DNA of 64,000 nt from the NCBI GenBank assembly GCA_965207225.1, contig CBDBLV010000002.1, positions 288,001 through 352,000 of the forward strand, in the 5' to 3' direction. Positions 48,588-58,093 of this stretch are shown here, piece after piece. The translations under genes and the position numbers were made by a program. The DNA comes from Dehalococcoidia bacterium. GTDB taxonomy: Bacteria; Chloroflexota; Dehalococcoidia; Plut-88900. Numbering within the stretch: position 1 is the first letter of the stretch; each line of letters begins with the position of its first letter. The notes under the pieces were generated by a model, which saw nothing but the letters and a program-made list of their open reading frames with translations, did not search any database and had not been told where the DNA came from.

Positions 48588-49760
48588 ATGCTGTTCGGCA
48601 GCGTCTTCATGTTCCGGGACCCAGGCCTTTCCACCCCCTACGACCAGCTGGTCCGGGAGATGCGGGAGTATGTCCTGGCCATGGAGCAACTGGGCTTCGA
48701 CTACCTGTGGCTCGGGGAGCACCACCTGGGTCTCGAGGGCTTTGGCAACTCTCCCAACCCGCTCATGGTCGCCGCCGACATGGCCAGCCGTACCAGGAAT
48801 ATGCGCATCGGGTTTGCATGCCTGGTCCCGACCCTCTGGCACCCTCTCCGCCTCGCCGAAGATGTCGCCACCCTTGATCACCTGACCGAGGGCCGCATAG
48901 AGATCGGATTCGGCCGGGGCCCCTGGCCCCGGGACACCGTCCCCTACCACCCCAACGCTGACCCCCGGGACGAACCAAAGTCTCGCCAGCTCATGCGAGA
49001 AAACATCGAGATCCTGGTCAAGGCCTGGACTCAGGACGTTTTCTCCCATAATGGTGAGAACTGGACCTTCCCTCCGCCCGGCGTCCCGTGGAACACCCCC
49101 TACGCTCCACCCGATCCCCGGGCCACCGAGAACGGCATCATCACCAAGCTTTCCGTGTTCCCCAAGCCCTACCAGAAGCCTCACCCTCCATTGTGGGGTA
49201 CGGTGTCGTCCCCCAACTCCCTGAAGCAGACGGCTGAGCTTGGGTTCAACGCCGTTACCTGGAGGCCGTCGGTGCTTCAAATTAGGGAGTGGTGCGAGAT
49301 CTATGCCGCTACCCGTTCGGAGAGAGAGGGTCGAGAGTTTGGGCTGGGGGAGGGGTGGGCGGTACAGCGCAACACCTACGTCGCCGACTCCATGGAAGAA
49401 GCCAAAAATGACGCGGAAGATGCCTTTCTCCGGGCCCACGGTTTCGTCAGCAGCTTCCACACCGACGTTACCCAGTCCCTCCGCTTCTACATGAATCCCG
49501 GTGAAAAACCCACTCCCGACATGAATCTCGACTGGGACTTCCTAAACGAGCGACAGTTCCTGGCCGGCCCGCCCGACCACGTCGCCGAAAAGGTGCACAA
49601 GCTCCAAGAAGTCTGCGGCATCAATCACCTATTGACCAACTTCCCGGGCGGAGGCGGAATCCCCCACAACAAGGTGATGCGCTCGCTGGAGCTTTTCGGC
49701 ACGAAAGTCATGCCGCAGTTCAGGAAAGAGGCCATGAGCGCGCCTGTCGCTGCGGGATAA
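48588..49760 (+). CDS. LLM class flavin-dependent oxidoreductase (luciferase-like)
   Basis: WLGEHH, HPLRLAEDVATLDHLTEGR, PKPYQKPHPP; GGAGGT SD before ATG 48588. Confidence 0.93.
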   Translation: MLFGSVFMFRDPGLSTPYDQLVREMREYVLAMEQLGFDYLWLGEHHLGLEGFGNSPNPLMVAADMASRTRNMRIGFACLVPTLWHPLRLAEDVATLDHLTEGRIEIGFGRGPWPRDTVPYHPNADPRDEPKSRQLMRENIEILVKAWTQDVFSHNGENWTFPPPGVPWNTPYAPPDPRATENGIITKLSVFPKPYQKPHPPLWGTVSSPNSLKQTAELGFNAVTWRPSVLQIREWCEIYAATRSEREGREFGLGEGWAVQRNTYVADSMEEAKNDAEDAFLRAHGFVSSFHTDVTQSLRFYMNPGEKPTPDMNLDWDFLNERQFLAGPPDHVAEKVHKLQEVCGINHLLTNFPGGGGIPHNKVMRSLELFGTKVMPQFRKEAMSAPVAAG

Positions 49761-49802
49761 CGACTGCCCTCCATACATCCTTGAAACTGGAAGAGGTTTG
49801 CC

Positions 49803-51572
49803 TTGCTGCCCAGAAGAAGCAAAGTAGAGCATACGCGTCCCACGTCCCTCACTGTGGACACCAATGTCCCCGTCCCCATGAGGGACGGCACGATTCTCAG
49901 GGCGGAAGTGTACCGGCCCAGCGGCCCCGGCAAGTGGCCCGTCCTCCTGAGTCGTATCCCCTACGGCAAGCACAACCCTCGCTACCGCACCCTGCACCTG
50001 GACCTGGTCAGGGCCGCCGCCCGAGGTTACGTGATGGTCGTCCAGGACGTGCGCGGTAGACACGCCTCCGAGGGTGAATGGTACCCCTTCCGCTACGACG
50101 GCCAAGATGGATTCGACACCGTGGAATGGTGTGCATCCCAATCTTGGAGCGACGGCAACGTCGGGATGTTCGGGATGTCCTACCATGGCGCTTCGCAATG
50201 GCTGGCGGCAGTGGAGGCCCCACCCTCCCTTAAAGGCATAGTCCCGGGCCTCACTTCCGCTGATCTGTACGATAGTTGGACATACCTTGGCGGGGCCTTT
50301 GGCTTATGGTGGACGGGCCATTGGTCGGCAGGTTTCGTGCTGGACAACATCGCCGACACCCCGGACCATCTCAAGGGCGCCGTCGCCGAGACCCGCAAGT
50401 GGGCCCGAGAACCCCTCGCCCTCGCCAGTCACCTCCCGATCAGCGACATGCCCGGCCTCAGAGAAGTCGCCGACTACTATTACGATTGGATGGACCACCC
50501 CACCTACGACGACTACTGGAAGAATATCGGTGCGTGGGACAGGCTATCCAATGTCGAAGTGCCGGTTCTGAGTGTCGGGGGATACTACGACAGCTTCATC
50601 CGCGGCACAGTTCGCTCTTACCGCTGGTTGAGAGAAAATGCTGCCAACACCGCCACCCGAGACCAGCAGCACATAGTCCTTGGCCCTTGGATTCACAGCC
50701 ACCTGCTGCCTCCCAACTCAGGACAGCGCTATTTCGGGGGTGGGGCGTCGGGGCCGGGGATCGACTACCAGGGCATGGTCCTGGCCTGGTACGACCACTG
50801 GCTCAAGGGCGAGGACAATGGCATTGAGTCCGACCCATGCGCCTACTATTTCACCATGGGCGACAACCAATGGCAGGAAGCCGAGTCCTGGCCTCCCCCT
50901 GCTGTGGAAACACCCTTCTTCCTCCGTAGCGCAGGCAGAGCCAACAGCCGACACGGAGACGGTGTCCTAAGCCTGGACCCGCCTGGGGAGTCGGAGCCTC
51001 CCGACTCCTACCTCCACAACCCCCTGAATCCCGTGCCCACCGTCGGGGGGCCGTACGTCCGGGGCATACCCGGATTCGTCGATGCCGGCTCCATAGAACA
51101 GACTCCCGCCGAGACCCGTGAAGATGTCCTCGTCTATACCTCTGCGCCGGCAGACAAACGGTTGGAGGTCACGGGGCACCTGAACTTGGTGCTTTGGGCG
51201 GCATCCTCGGCCCGGGACACCGACTGGTCAGTCACCGTCAGCGTTGTTGAACCCAATGGCGCGTCCTACAACTTCTGCGAAGGAATCCTCCGCGCTTCCT
51301 GCCGCGAGTCACTGGAGTCACCCTCGCTAATCGAACCCGACCAGCCCTACCAGTACACCATAGACCTCGGCCCGACCTCCATAGCCTTCCAACCAGGTCA
51401 GTCCATCAGGCTTCGCATCGCCAGTTCCAACTTCCCCGCCTTCGCCAGAAATCTCGGGACGGGGGGGCCTGTCAACCGGGAGTCGAGGGAAGACGCTGTC
51501 GTAGCCCTGCAAACCATACTTCACGACGCCGCCCACCCATCCAGGCTCGTTCTACCCGTCGTGGAATCCTAG
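49803..51572 (+). CDS. CocE/NonD family hydrolase
   Basis: VPMRDG, QDVRGR, GMSYHG nucleophile motif, GPWIH, SSNFP. Confidence 0.93.
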   Translation: MLPRRSKVEHTRPTSLTVDTNVPVPMRDGTILRAEVYRPSGPGKWPVLLSRIPYGKHNPRYRTLHLDLVRAAARGYVMVVQDVRGRHASEGEWYPFRYDGQDGFDTVEWCASQSWSDGNVGMFGMSYHGASQWLAAVEAPPSLKGIVPGLTSADLYDSWTYLGGAFGLWWTGHWSAGFVLDNIADTPDHLKGAVAETRKWAREPLALASHLPISDMPGLREVADYYYDWMDHPTYDDYWKNIGAWDRLSNVEVPVLSVGGYYDSFIRGTVRSYRWLRENAANTATRDQQHIVLGPWIHSHLLPPNSGQRYFGGGASGPGIDYQGMVLAWYDHWLKGEDNGIESDPCAYYFTMGDNQWQEAESWPPPAVETPFFLRSAGRANSRHGDGVLSLDPPGESEPPDSYLHNPLNPVPTVGGPYVRGIPGFVDAGSIEQTPAETREDVLVYTSAPADKRLEVTGHLNLVLWAASSARDTDWSVTVSVVEPNGASYNFCEGILRASCRESLESPSLIEPDQPYQYTIDLGPTSIAFQPGQSIRLRIASSNFPAFARNLGTGGPVNRESREDAVVALQTILHDAAHPSRLVLPVVES

Positions 51573-51590
51573 ACTGGGAGGACTTCTCCA

Positions 51591-52625
51591 ATGAAAGCCG
51601 ACTTCAGCGTAGGAATGGGCCGAAATCTCGCCATGTCGGAGGTGGCATCCCATTCCAAACTTGCCGAGGACTGTGGTTTCTCTCATCTGACCATGATCGA
51701 CTCCCAGAACCTCTCCCGGGACGTCTACTCCATGATGACACTTGCCGCCCTCAACACCAGGCGGATTATGATCGGCCATGGAGTGACCAACCCCTTCACC
51801 CGACACCCCTCCGTCACTGCCACTGCTTCGGCCACCATCAACGAGGTGTCGGGTGGCAGGGCGTTCGTAGGCATAGGCGCCGGGTTCAGTTCCGTGATCA
51901 CCATGGGCATGAAGGCCCGCACCATGCAGGAGTTCCGGGACACCGTTCAGTTCATCAAGGACTACACCGCCGGCAAAGAGGTCGACTACCGCGGCTCGAA
52001 GATGCACTCCGAATGGATACGCACTCCTGTCCCCGTCTACATGGCCTCCATAGGTCTGCGATCGCTCAGGATGGCCGGTGAGTTGGCCGATGGCGTGATG
52101 CTGGGCGGCGTGCACCCCGTGATGATGAAGTGGAACCTGGAGCAGATCGCCCGAGGCGCGGAGTCCGTGGGTCGGGACCCTACCGAAATCGACGTCTGGG
52201 CTCGCACCGAGATTCTCGTCGCCGACTCCAAGGAGCAAGCCCGACGCGAGGTCGCCTCCTATGCCATGAGCTGGGCATGCAGCTTCTACGGCTCCCTCTT
52301 CCGGCGCAAAGCCCCCGAGATCGAAGATCTGCGCCAACGTATCGAGGCCGACGAGCCCGGACTGATTGACGAGTTCAGGATAGCCTATGAGGCCTTTGAC
52401 CCCTACCAGCACGAGAAGACCGATGCCGATCACGCAAAGCTCGCCTCCCAGCGCCTCATCGACTTCTTCCTGATGTCCGGCACCCCCGACGACATTGGTG
52501 AGCAGATCTCAGGAGTCCTGCCCTTGGGCGTCGACAACATCTCCACCGTCCTCTTCACCATCATCGACAAGAAGGACATGATGCGCCGCATCAGCCGCGA
52601 AATCATGCCCATGTTCCGGAGCTAG
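51591..52625 (+). CDS. LLM class flavin/F420-dependent oxidoreductase
   Basis: GVTNPFTRHPSVTA, SGGRAFVGIGAG, MAGELADG; paralog of 20983-22029. Confidence 0.93.
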   Translation: MKADFSVGMGRNLAMSEVASHSKLAEDCGFSHLTMIDSQNLSRDVYSMMTLAALNTRRIMIGHGVTNPFTRHPSVTATASATINEVSGGRAFVGIGAGFSSVITMGMKARTMQEFRDTVQFIKDYTAGKEVDYRGSKMHSEWIRTPVPVYMASIGLRSLRMAGELADGVMLGGVHPVMMKWNLEQIARGAESVGRDPTEIDVWARTEILVADSKEQARREVASYAMSWACSFYGSLFRRKAPEIEDLRQRIEADEPGLIDEFRIAYEAFDPYQHEKTDADHAKLASQRLIDFFLMSGTPDDIGEQISGVLPLGVDNISTVLFTIIDKKDMMRRISREIMPMFRS

Positions 52626-52627
52626 CC

Positions 52628-52659
52628 GGAAAATGTCCCCCCAAAGGGTGGGACATTCC
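52628..52659 (+). terminator. Hairpin immediately after the LLM stop codon
   Basis: AATGTCCC...GGGACATT stem. Confidence 0.45.
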
Positions 52660-52684
52660 GTTCGCTCTGGGTCCCCTCCTACTC

Positions 52685-52869
52685 CATCCCGAGGCCCCGC
52701 GAGGGATCTCAACCGCCCGCCCACCAACCGACACCAAGCCTAGCGGCGAACCTCTTGAACACGGAGGAGCGGAGGGTTCCTGTCTCCTCTTCTTCGCTGG
52801 GCGGGACTGGACCCTTCCGCCCACCCCCGCCCAGCGTGTTGGCTTCCGGATCGGGGACCGGAATGACGG
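52685..52869. repeat. REP-like palindromic repeats
   Basis: 52685-52710 is an exact 26-bp reverse complement of 37548-37573; TTCCGGATCGGGGACCGGAATGAC at about 52844-52867. Confidence 0.75.
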
Positions 52870-53215
52870 GAAAGGGGCAGGAGAGCCGTGGCGTACCCGG
52901 GTGGTACAGCCATCAAATCTATTTATCTATGTATCACGCATACACGTTATGTGTATAAAGATGTCTAGTATTACATGCTTGATATGTGTTATAAAAGGTG
53001 TAGAGCCAGACTTTATGTGAAGTTTCAGTTGTGTAGCTAAAAATCCTTAATTGCTCCACTCCCCTACTACTCATATATCAGTATGTGTCAGTGCCCCACG
53101 GGCCCGGTGAGTTTCATCAACGCAACGTGTGAGCAAGAGACGTGAATGTCGCAAGTTGCTGATGCTTTGTTGGGGTCTGCCGCAGCGGGAGCGAACGGCT
53201 TAACGGCACCTCTGA

Positions 53216-56200
53216 TTGTGGGAGGTGCAGGTCATAGTTAAATGGGTTGTCGCTGCGGCGTGGCTGGCGACAATTTTGGCTATATGCATTGCTGTGCTGG
53301 CAGGAACGATGTTCGGAGAAGTCCTGTCAGCAACCGTCGTAACCAGATCCAATGATCCGATACTCACCTCCTTAACGGTCAGTGCGGGCACACTCTCGCC
53401 CGAATTCAGCAGCACCCAGGTGGACTATACGGTATCGGACGTGCCGTACGGGGCCCGGGTATTGACCATCACCGCCGTTCCTGAGTCCAACGCAATTGTC
53501 ACATACTGGCACTATCCCGACGGTTCAATAGCCGAGTTGGTCGACGAGGACACGATGACCGAGGGGTTCCAGGTGTCCTTGGATGTCGGCCAAAAGATAG
53601 TGGAAGTCAGCGTCACCAAGGGATCTCGCTACAGGGACTATAGATTGGAAATCACGCGGCTGAAACCGACGGTGAGCATTCGAGCCGTAAGTGAGACGCC
53701 AGTATACGAGGGTGAAACCTTAGAGTTCGAGATAAGGAGATCCGCTGCTGCGAAAGACCCATTGGCCGTTCGGGTGTTGGCGAGAGAGGTGGAGGTGGAG
53801 GTCGGGGCCGGGCACGCCGATGTCCTGGCCGACGAAGTAGATGGCAGGTCGCCTGAGTATTACATCGAGGGCGGAAATTCAACTGCGACCATTGAGATGG
53901 AGACTAGCGGAGACTCGGCCTGGGAAGGTCACTCCAAGATCGAGATGAGCATAGTAGCTGATGAGCTCTACACCATAAAGGCATCTGCGGGCAGCGCCGC
54001 CATAGTGGTGCAGGACGATGAATTCCCGGCATCCACCAGCATCCTGACAGTCAGTCCTAATCCAGTAGGAGAGGGCGCGGGAAGCGCCACCGCTTCGGTA
54101 ACCGTTACGACTACGGAAGACAGGAAGCCTCATGGGGAGGCATCTGTCGCAGTGGCGACATCGGATGGTACGGCAGAGGCCGGCAGTGATTACACGGGCG
54201 TGGACACCTCTGTCACATTCACAGAGGCAGATTTCTCGTCGGTGACGGTCGATGAGAACACCATGTACCGTGCGACAAAAACCGTTGACGTCACCATAAC
54301 GCAGGACACGGATGATGAGACTGACGAGACGTTCAATATCATCGCCAGCACAGAAATGGGGTCTCCGATAAGCGTTGAGGCAGATGATTCGACGGTATCC
54401 GTCACCATCACGGACGACGATGAACCGCCGACTCGGGCGCCGACTCTTACCAGCCTTAGTGTAAGCGCAGGGACTCTCACACCTGCTTTTTCACCCGACA
54501 TCCGGTCCTACGCCGTACCTGACGGCAGATATGAAAATGACCGGTTAACTATTGCTGCCGTTGGGGAGTCGGGGAGCTCTATTGAATTTCTCGATTCTTC
54601 GGATGGCGTCCTTGGAGACCTGGATGACATGGCCATTGGCCACCAGGTGTATCTAACCGTCGGGGTCACGGTGGTGAAAATAAGGGTCTCCAAGGGTGAC
54701 GATGCTCAAGACTATTCCCTGTCCATCACAAGGGCGAAGCCCATTGTGAGCGTCCGGGCCCTGACCGTCGAGCCAGCGATAGAAGGCGACGAGATAGAGT
54801 TTGAGGTGACGCGTTCATCGGCGGCCGGGGATGTCGTGGCAGTAAAGTTCACACTGGATGAGGTTGGCGCCAGCATGGGTGTCGACCCGGGGAACATTCT
54901 GCCCGACTCTCAGGAAGGCACTACACACTCTGTCACCATCTCGGCTAACGAAACTACGGCCACGGTCGAGGTCACGACTGTTGCGGACCACGTCTGGGAG
55001 GACCATTCGAGGGTCGAAATCAAGTTGGTTGAGGACGATTCTTACACTGTTCACCCGACCAACGGCACAACTTCGATACTGGTACAGGATGATGAGTTCG
55101 TGGCCTCGGTGGCGGCGCTCAGCGCGGCTCCCAATCCGGTGGGGGAGGGGGATGGGAAGGCCGTGGCCACAGTTACGGTTACTACCATGGGGGACAAGTT
55201 GCCTCACGGTCTGGTCACGATTCCCGTGACCACTTCTGATGGAACAGCCACGGCAGGTTCGGACTTCACCGCATTAGAAACGAACCTTACATTTGCGGAG
55301 GGAGATTTCTCGGGGGTGGAGGTGGATGAGGAAGCAAGGTTTCGGGCTTCGAAGTCGGTAGACGTTCTTATCATGGAGGACACGCTGGACGAGGAGGACG
55401 AGACGTTCGCCGTGGTCCTCGGGACACCCTCCGATACCCTGATCACTTCGGAGGAGGATTCCAAGTCGGTAACGGTAACGATTACCGATGACGATCTTCC
55501 GGCACTGGCAGCCTTGTCCGTGGGCCAGGGTACCCTTACGCCTTCATTCTCCCCCGGCCAAAATGCGTACACCGTTCCGGATGTCGGGTATGGGACTCAC
55601 CTGGCAACGATAAACGTGATGGTGGAGTCGGGGGCTGAGGTATCGTTCCTGGATTCTTCAGACAATAACTATGGCGATCTTGATGACATGGCGGAGGGCC
55701 ACCAGGTATATCTGAACATCGGCAGTACGACTATCAAGATCAGGGCGGAGAAGGGCGACGATATGCAGGACTACACGCTGGTCTTCACAAGGGCCAAGCC
55801 AACGGTGAGCATTCGCGCAGTTACTGTCGGTACCGCCACAGAGGATGACACCTTGAAATTCGAGGTGAGCAGGTCTGAAGCGGCAGGTGACGTCCTGGAG
55901 TTGAGGGTAGGGATGGATGAGGTCGATGTTGTCGAGGGCGAGGGACACGGGGATATGCTGCCGGACTCGGTTGAGGGAACTTCTCCATTGCGCACCATTG
56001 AAGTCGACCAAACTTCTCTGGTCTTCATGGTGGAAACGGTTGGGGATGTCGTATGGGAAAAGCATTCCAGCATTGAGATGTCCATCAAGCCCGAATCGTG
56101 GTACGACATTGACAGCGATAAGGGTACAGCTTCGATAGTTGTGCGGGACGACGATTTTCCTGAATCCACTGCGGGCTTGGCCGTATCCCCGAATCCGGTC

Positions 56201-58084
56201 GGGGAGGGGACGGGAAACATCACAGCAACGGTGAGTGTGACTACAGATGACGCCAGGATGCCACATGGCCAAGTGTCGATACCCATTTCTACATCAGACG
56301 GCACAGCAACGGCCGGCGAGGACTATACCTTGGTGGCAAGTAGCCTCATATTTAAAGAGGCGGATTTTGAGGAGGTGGAGGAAGACGGCGACACCTTGTA
56401 CCGGGCTTCCAGGTCTTTAGGGATAACAATACTAACTGACGATATGGATGAGGATGAGGAGACGTTCAATGTGGAGTTGGGCACGGCGAACAGGAGCACA
56501 GTAGACATTGAGCCAGAGACAAAAAGCGTTACCGTAACGATCAAAGATCAGAACAGCAAACCGGTGGTGACTGTTTCCACGACACCCTCGACGCCTGTGG
56601 TGTCTGGCCGAAGCACTATCAACCTGGATTGCACATCCACCGACTCCGACAACGACACTTTGACCTACGCATGGACAACTGATCCTGCCAACGTTGGAAT
56701 TTTCGGCGATGCTACTGTTGAGGATACGACGTGGACGGCGCCCGCGCCCCTTTCTGCAGAGCAGTCGGTAACTCTGATGTTGACAGTCACTGATGACGGA
56801 ACGCCTACGGGAGTGACGACGGCCGAGGTGACGGTCACAGTGGAGGCCAACCAACCCCCGGGAGTGGAAATCACGTCAGTGGGGGGAGTTGTGAATGGAG
56901 GGGAGGCCGTGATGCTGGGGGCGAGGGCGTCGGACCCGGAGGCGGGGGGACTGCAATACAAGTGGTCGGGGGGAGGGAGGTTTGAGGACACATCGGCAAA
57001 GGACACTACGTGGACTGCTCCATCTGCGACCAACGCGGTGCAAACGTTCACCCTAACGCTTACCGCCACGGATGAACTTGATCTTAAGGCTACGGACAGT
57101 GTGGAAGTAACCGTACCGGCGGTTAACGAGAAGCCGACTTTCCCGGATACGGAGGATGGTGAGCGAAGTGTGGATGAGGGTACGGACATCGGGGCGAGGG
57201 TGGGGGATCCTATGGCGGCGATAGATGGAGAGAACGATACCCTAGTCTACTCATTGCAAGGTATGGATGCGGCGTCATTTGATATTGATCAGACAGGTCA
57301 GATAACAGTGGCTGATGGAACGAAGCTGGACTACGAAGTGAAGAGCAGCTATGCAGTGGAGGTCGCGGTATCGGACGGTCGGGACGAAGAGGGAGAGATC
57401 GATGATGCCATTGACATCACCCTTCCGGTCACGATAAGGGTCAGGGACGTGGAGGAGGTTGGGGCAGTGGGCTTCTCTGCGCAGGGATTGAGGGTCGGGG
57501 AGGAGGTGCGGGTGGGGGTTCGGGACCCGGACAACTACGAGACGTCGAATACCGCAGGCTTAGTAGACGATGCAGATGTCGCTTCGTGGGTCTGGGAACG
57601 TTCAGAGAGCGTTGACGGGCCGTGGGCGGCAATCAGTGATGCCCAAGCAGCATCTTATGTACCGACAGTAGAGGACAAGGACAATTATCTGAGGGTTACG
57701 GCAAGCTACACCGACCGTCGGGGCCCGGACAAGAGCGCCACTGGGGTGTCGGGGCGGGTGGGGGCGGGGGAGAATAGCCTGCCAGTGGTCTACGTATCGC
57801 CGGACTTGGCAATCATAAATGGGTGCGGCATCTTGACTCTCTCGGGCAGGGCAAGCGATCCCGATGGCGACACTCTTTCTTTTTCCTGGACGGCGCTGCC
57901 AGATGTCGGGCACTTTGTGGACGGGAGCAAGGAAAGCACAGTGTGGTCGGCGCCAGACCCCGGACAATCGACCTTGACAGTAGTGTTGACCCTGACCGTT
58001 TCGGACGGGCAAGGAGGAACGGCCACGGATAGCGTGATTGTGACCGTTAGCGGTGGCATGGCAAAAGCTGGAGCAGGTGGGTAA
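53216..58084 (+). CDS. Giant secreted/surface protein with cadherin-like beta-sandwich, Calx-beta and PKD-like repeats
   Basis: N-terminal hydrophobic segment; 3 x ~355-aa units (LTSL.VSAGTL.P.F...TSDGTA.AG.D...VTITDDD); D.D.DTL.Y.W PKD-like modules; LDYE cadherin motif. Confidence 0.85.
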   Translation: MWEVQVIVKWVVAAAWLATILAICIAVLAGTMFGEVLSATVVTRSNDPILTSLTVSAGTLSPEFSSTQVDYTVSDVPYGARVLTITAVPESNAIVTYWHYPDGSIAELVDEDTMTEGFQVSLDVGQKIVEVSVTKGSRYRDYRLEITRLKPTVSIRAVSETPVYEGETLEFEIRRSAAAKDPLAVRVLAREVEVEVGAGHADVLADEVDGRSPEYYIEGGNSTATIEMETSGDSAWEGHSKIEMSIVADELYTIKASAGSAAIVVQDDEFPASTSILTVSPNPVGEGAGSATASVTVTTTEDRKPHGEASVAVATSDGTAEAGSDYTGVDTSVTFTEADFSSVTVDENTMYRATKTVDVTITQDTDDETDETFNIIASTEMGSPISVEADDSTVSVTITDDDEPPTRAPTLTSLSVSAGTLTPAFSPDIRSYAVPDGRYENDRLTIAAVGESGSSIEFLDSSDGVLGDLDDMAIGHQVYLTVGVTVVKIRVSKGDDAQDYSLSITRAKPIVSVRALTVEPAIEGDEIEFEVTRSSAAGDVVAVKFTLDEVGASMGVDPGNILPDSQEGTTHSVTISANETTATVEVTTVADHVWEDHSRVEIKLVEDDSYTVHPTNGTTSILVQDDEFVASVAALSAAPNPVGEGDGKAVATVTVTTMGDKLPHGLVTIPVTTSDGTATAGSDFTALETNLTFAEGDFSGVEVDEEARFRASKSVDVLIMEDTLDEEDETFAVVLGTPSDTLITSEEDSKSVTVTITDDDLPALAALSVGQGTLTPSFSPGQNAYTVPDVGYGTHLATINVMVESGAEVSFLDSSDNNYGDLDDMAEGHQVYLNIGSTTIKIRAEKGDDMQDYTLVFTRAKPTVSIRAVTVGTATEDDTLKFEVSRSEAAGDVLELRVGMDEVDVVEGEGHGDMLPDSVEGTSPLRTIEVDQTSLVFMVETVGDVVWEKHSSIEMSIKPESWYDIDSDKGTASIVVRDDDFPESTAGLAVSPNPVGEGTGNITATVSVTTDDARMPHGQVSIPISTSDGTATAGEDYTLVASSLIFKEADFEEVEEDGDTLYRASRSLGITILTDDMDEDEETFNVELGTANRSTVDIEPETKSVTVTIKDQNSKPVVTVSTTPSTPVVSGRSTINLDCTSTDSDNDTLTYAWTTDPANVGIFGDATVEDTTWTAPAPLSAEQSVTLMLTVTDDGTPTGVTTAEVTVTVEANQPPGVEITSVGGVVNGGEAVMLGARASDPEAGGLQYKWSGGGRFEDTSAKDTTWTAPSATNAVQTFTLTLTATDELDLKATDSVEVTVPAVNEKPTFPDTEDGERSVDEGTDIGARVGDPMAAIDGENDTLVYSLQGMDAASFDIDQTGQITVADGTKLDYEVKSSYAVEVAVSDGRDEEGEIDDAIDITLPVTIRVRDVEEVGAVGFSAQGLRVGEEVRVGVRDPDNYETSNTAGLVDDADVASWVWERSESVDGPWAAISDAQAASYVPTVEDKDNYLRVTASYTDRRGPDKSATGVSGRVGAGENSLPVVYVSPDLAIINGCGILTLSGRASDPDGDTLSFSWTALPDVGHFVDGSKESTVWSAPDPGQSTLTVVLTLTVSDGQGGTATDSVIVTVSGGMAKAGAGG

Positions 58085-58093
58085 CAGCTATGG

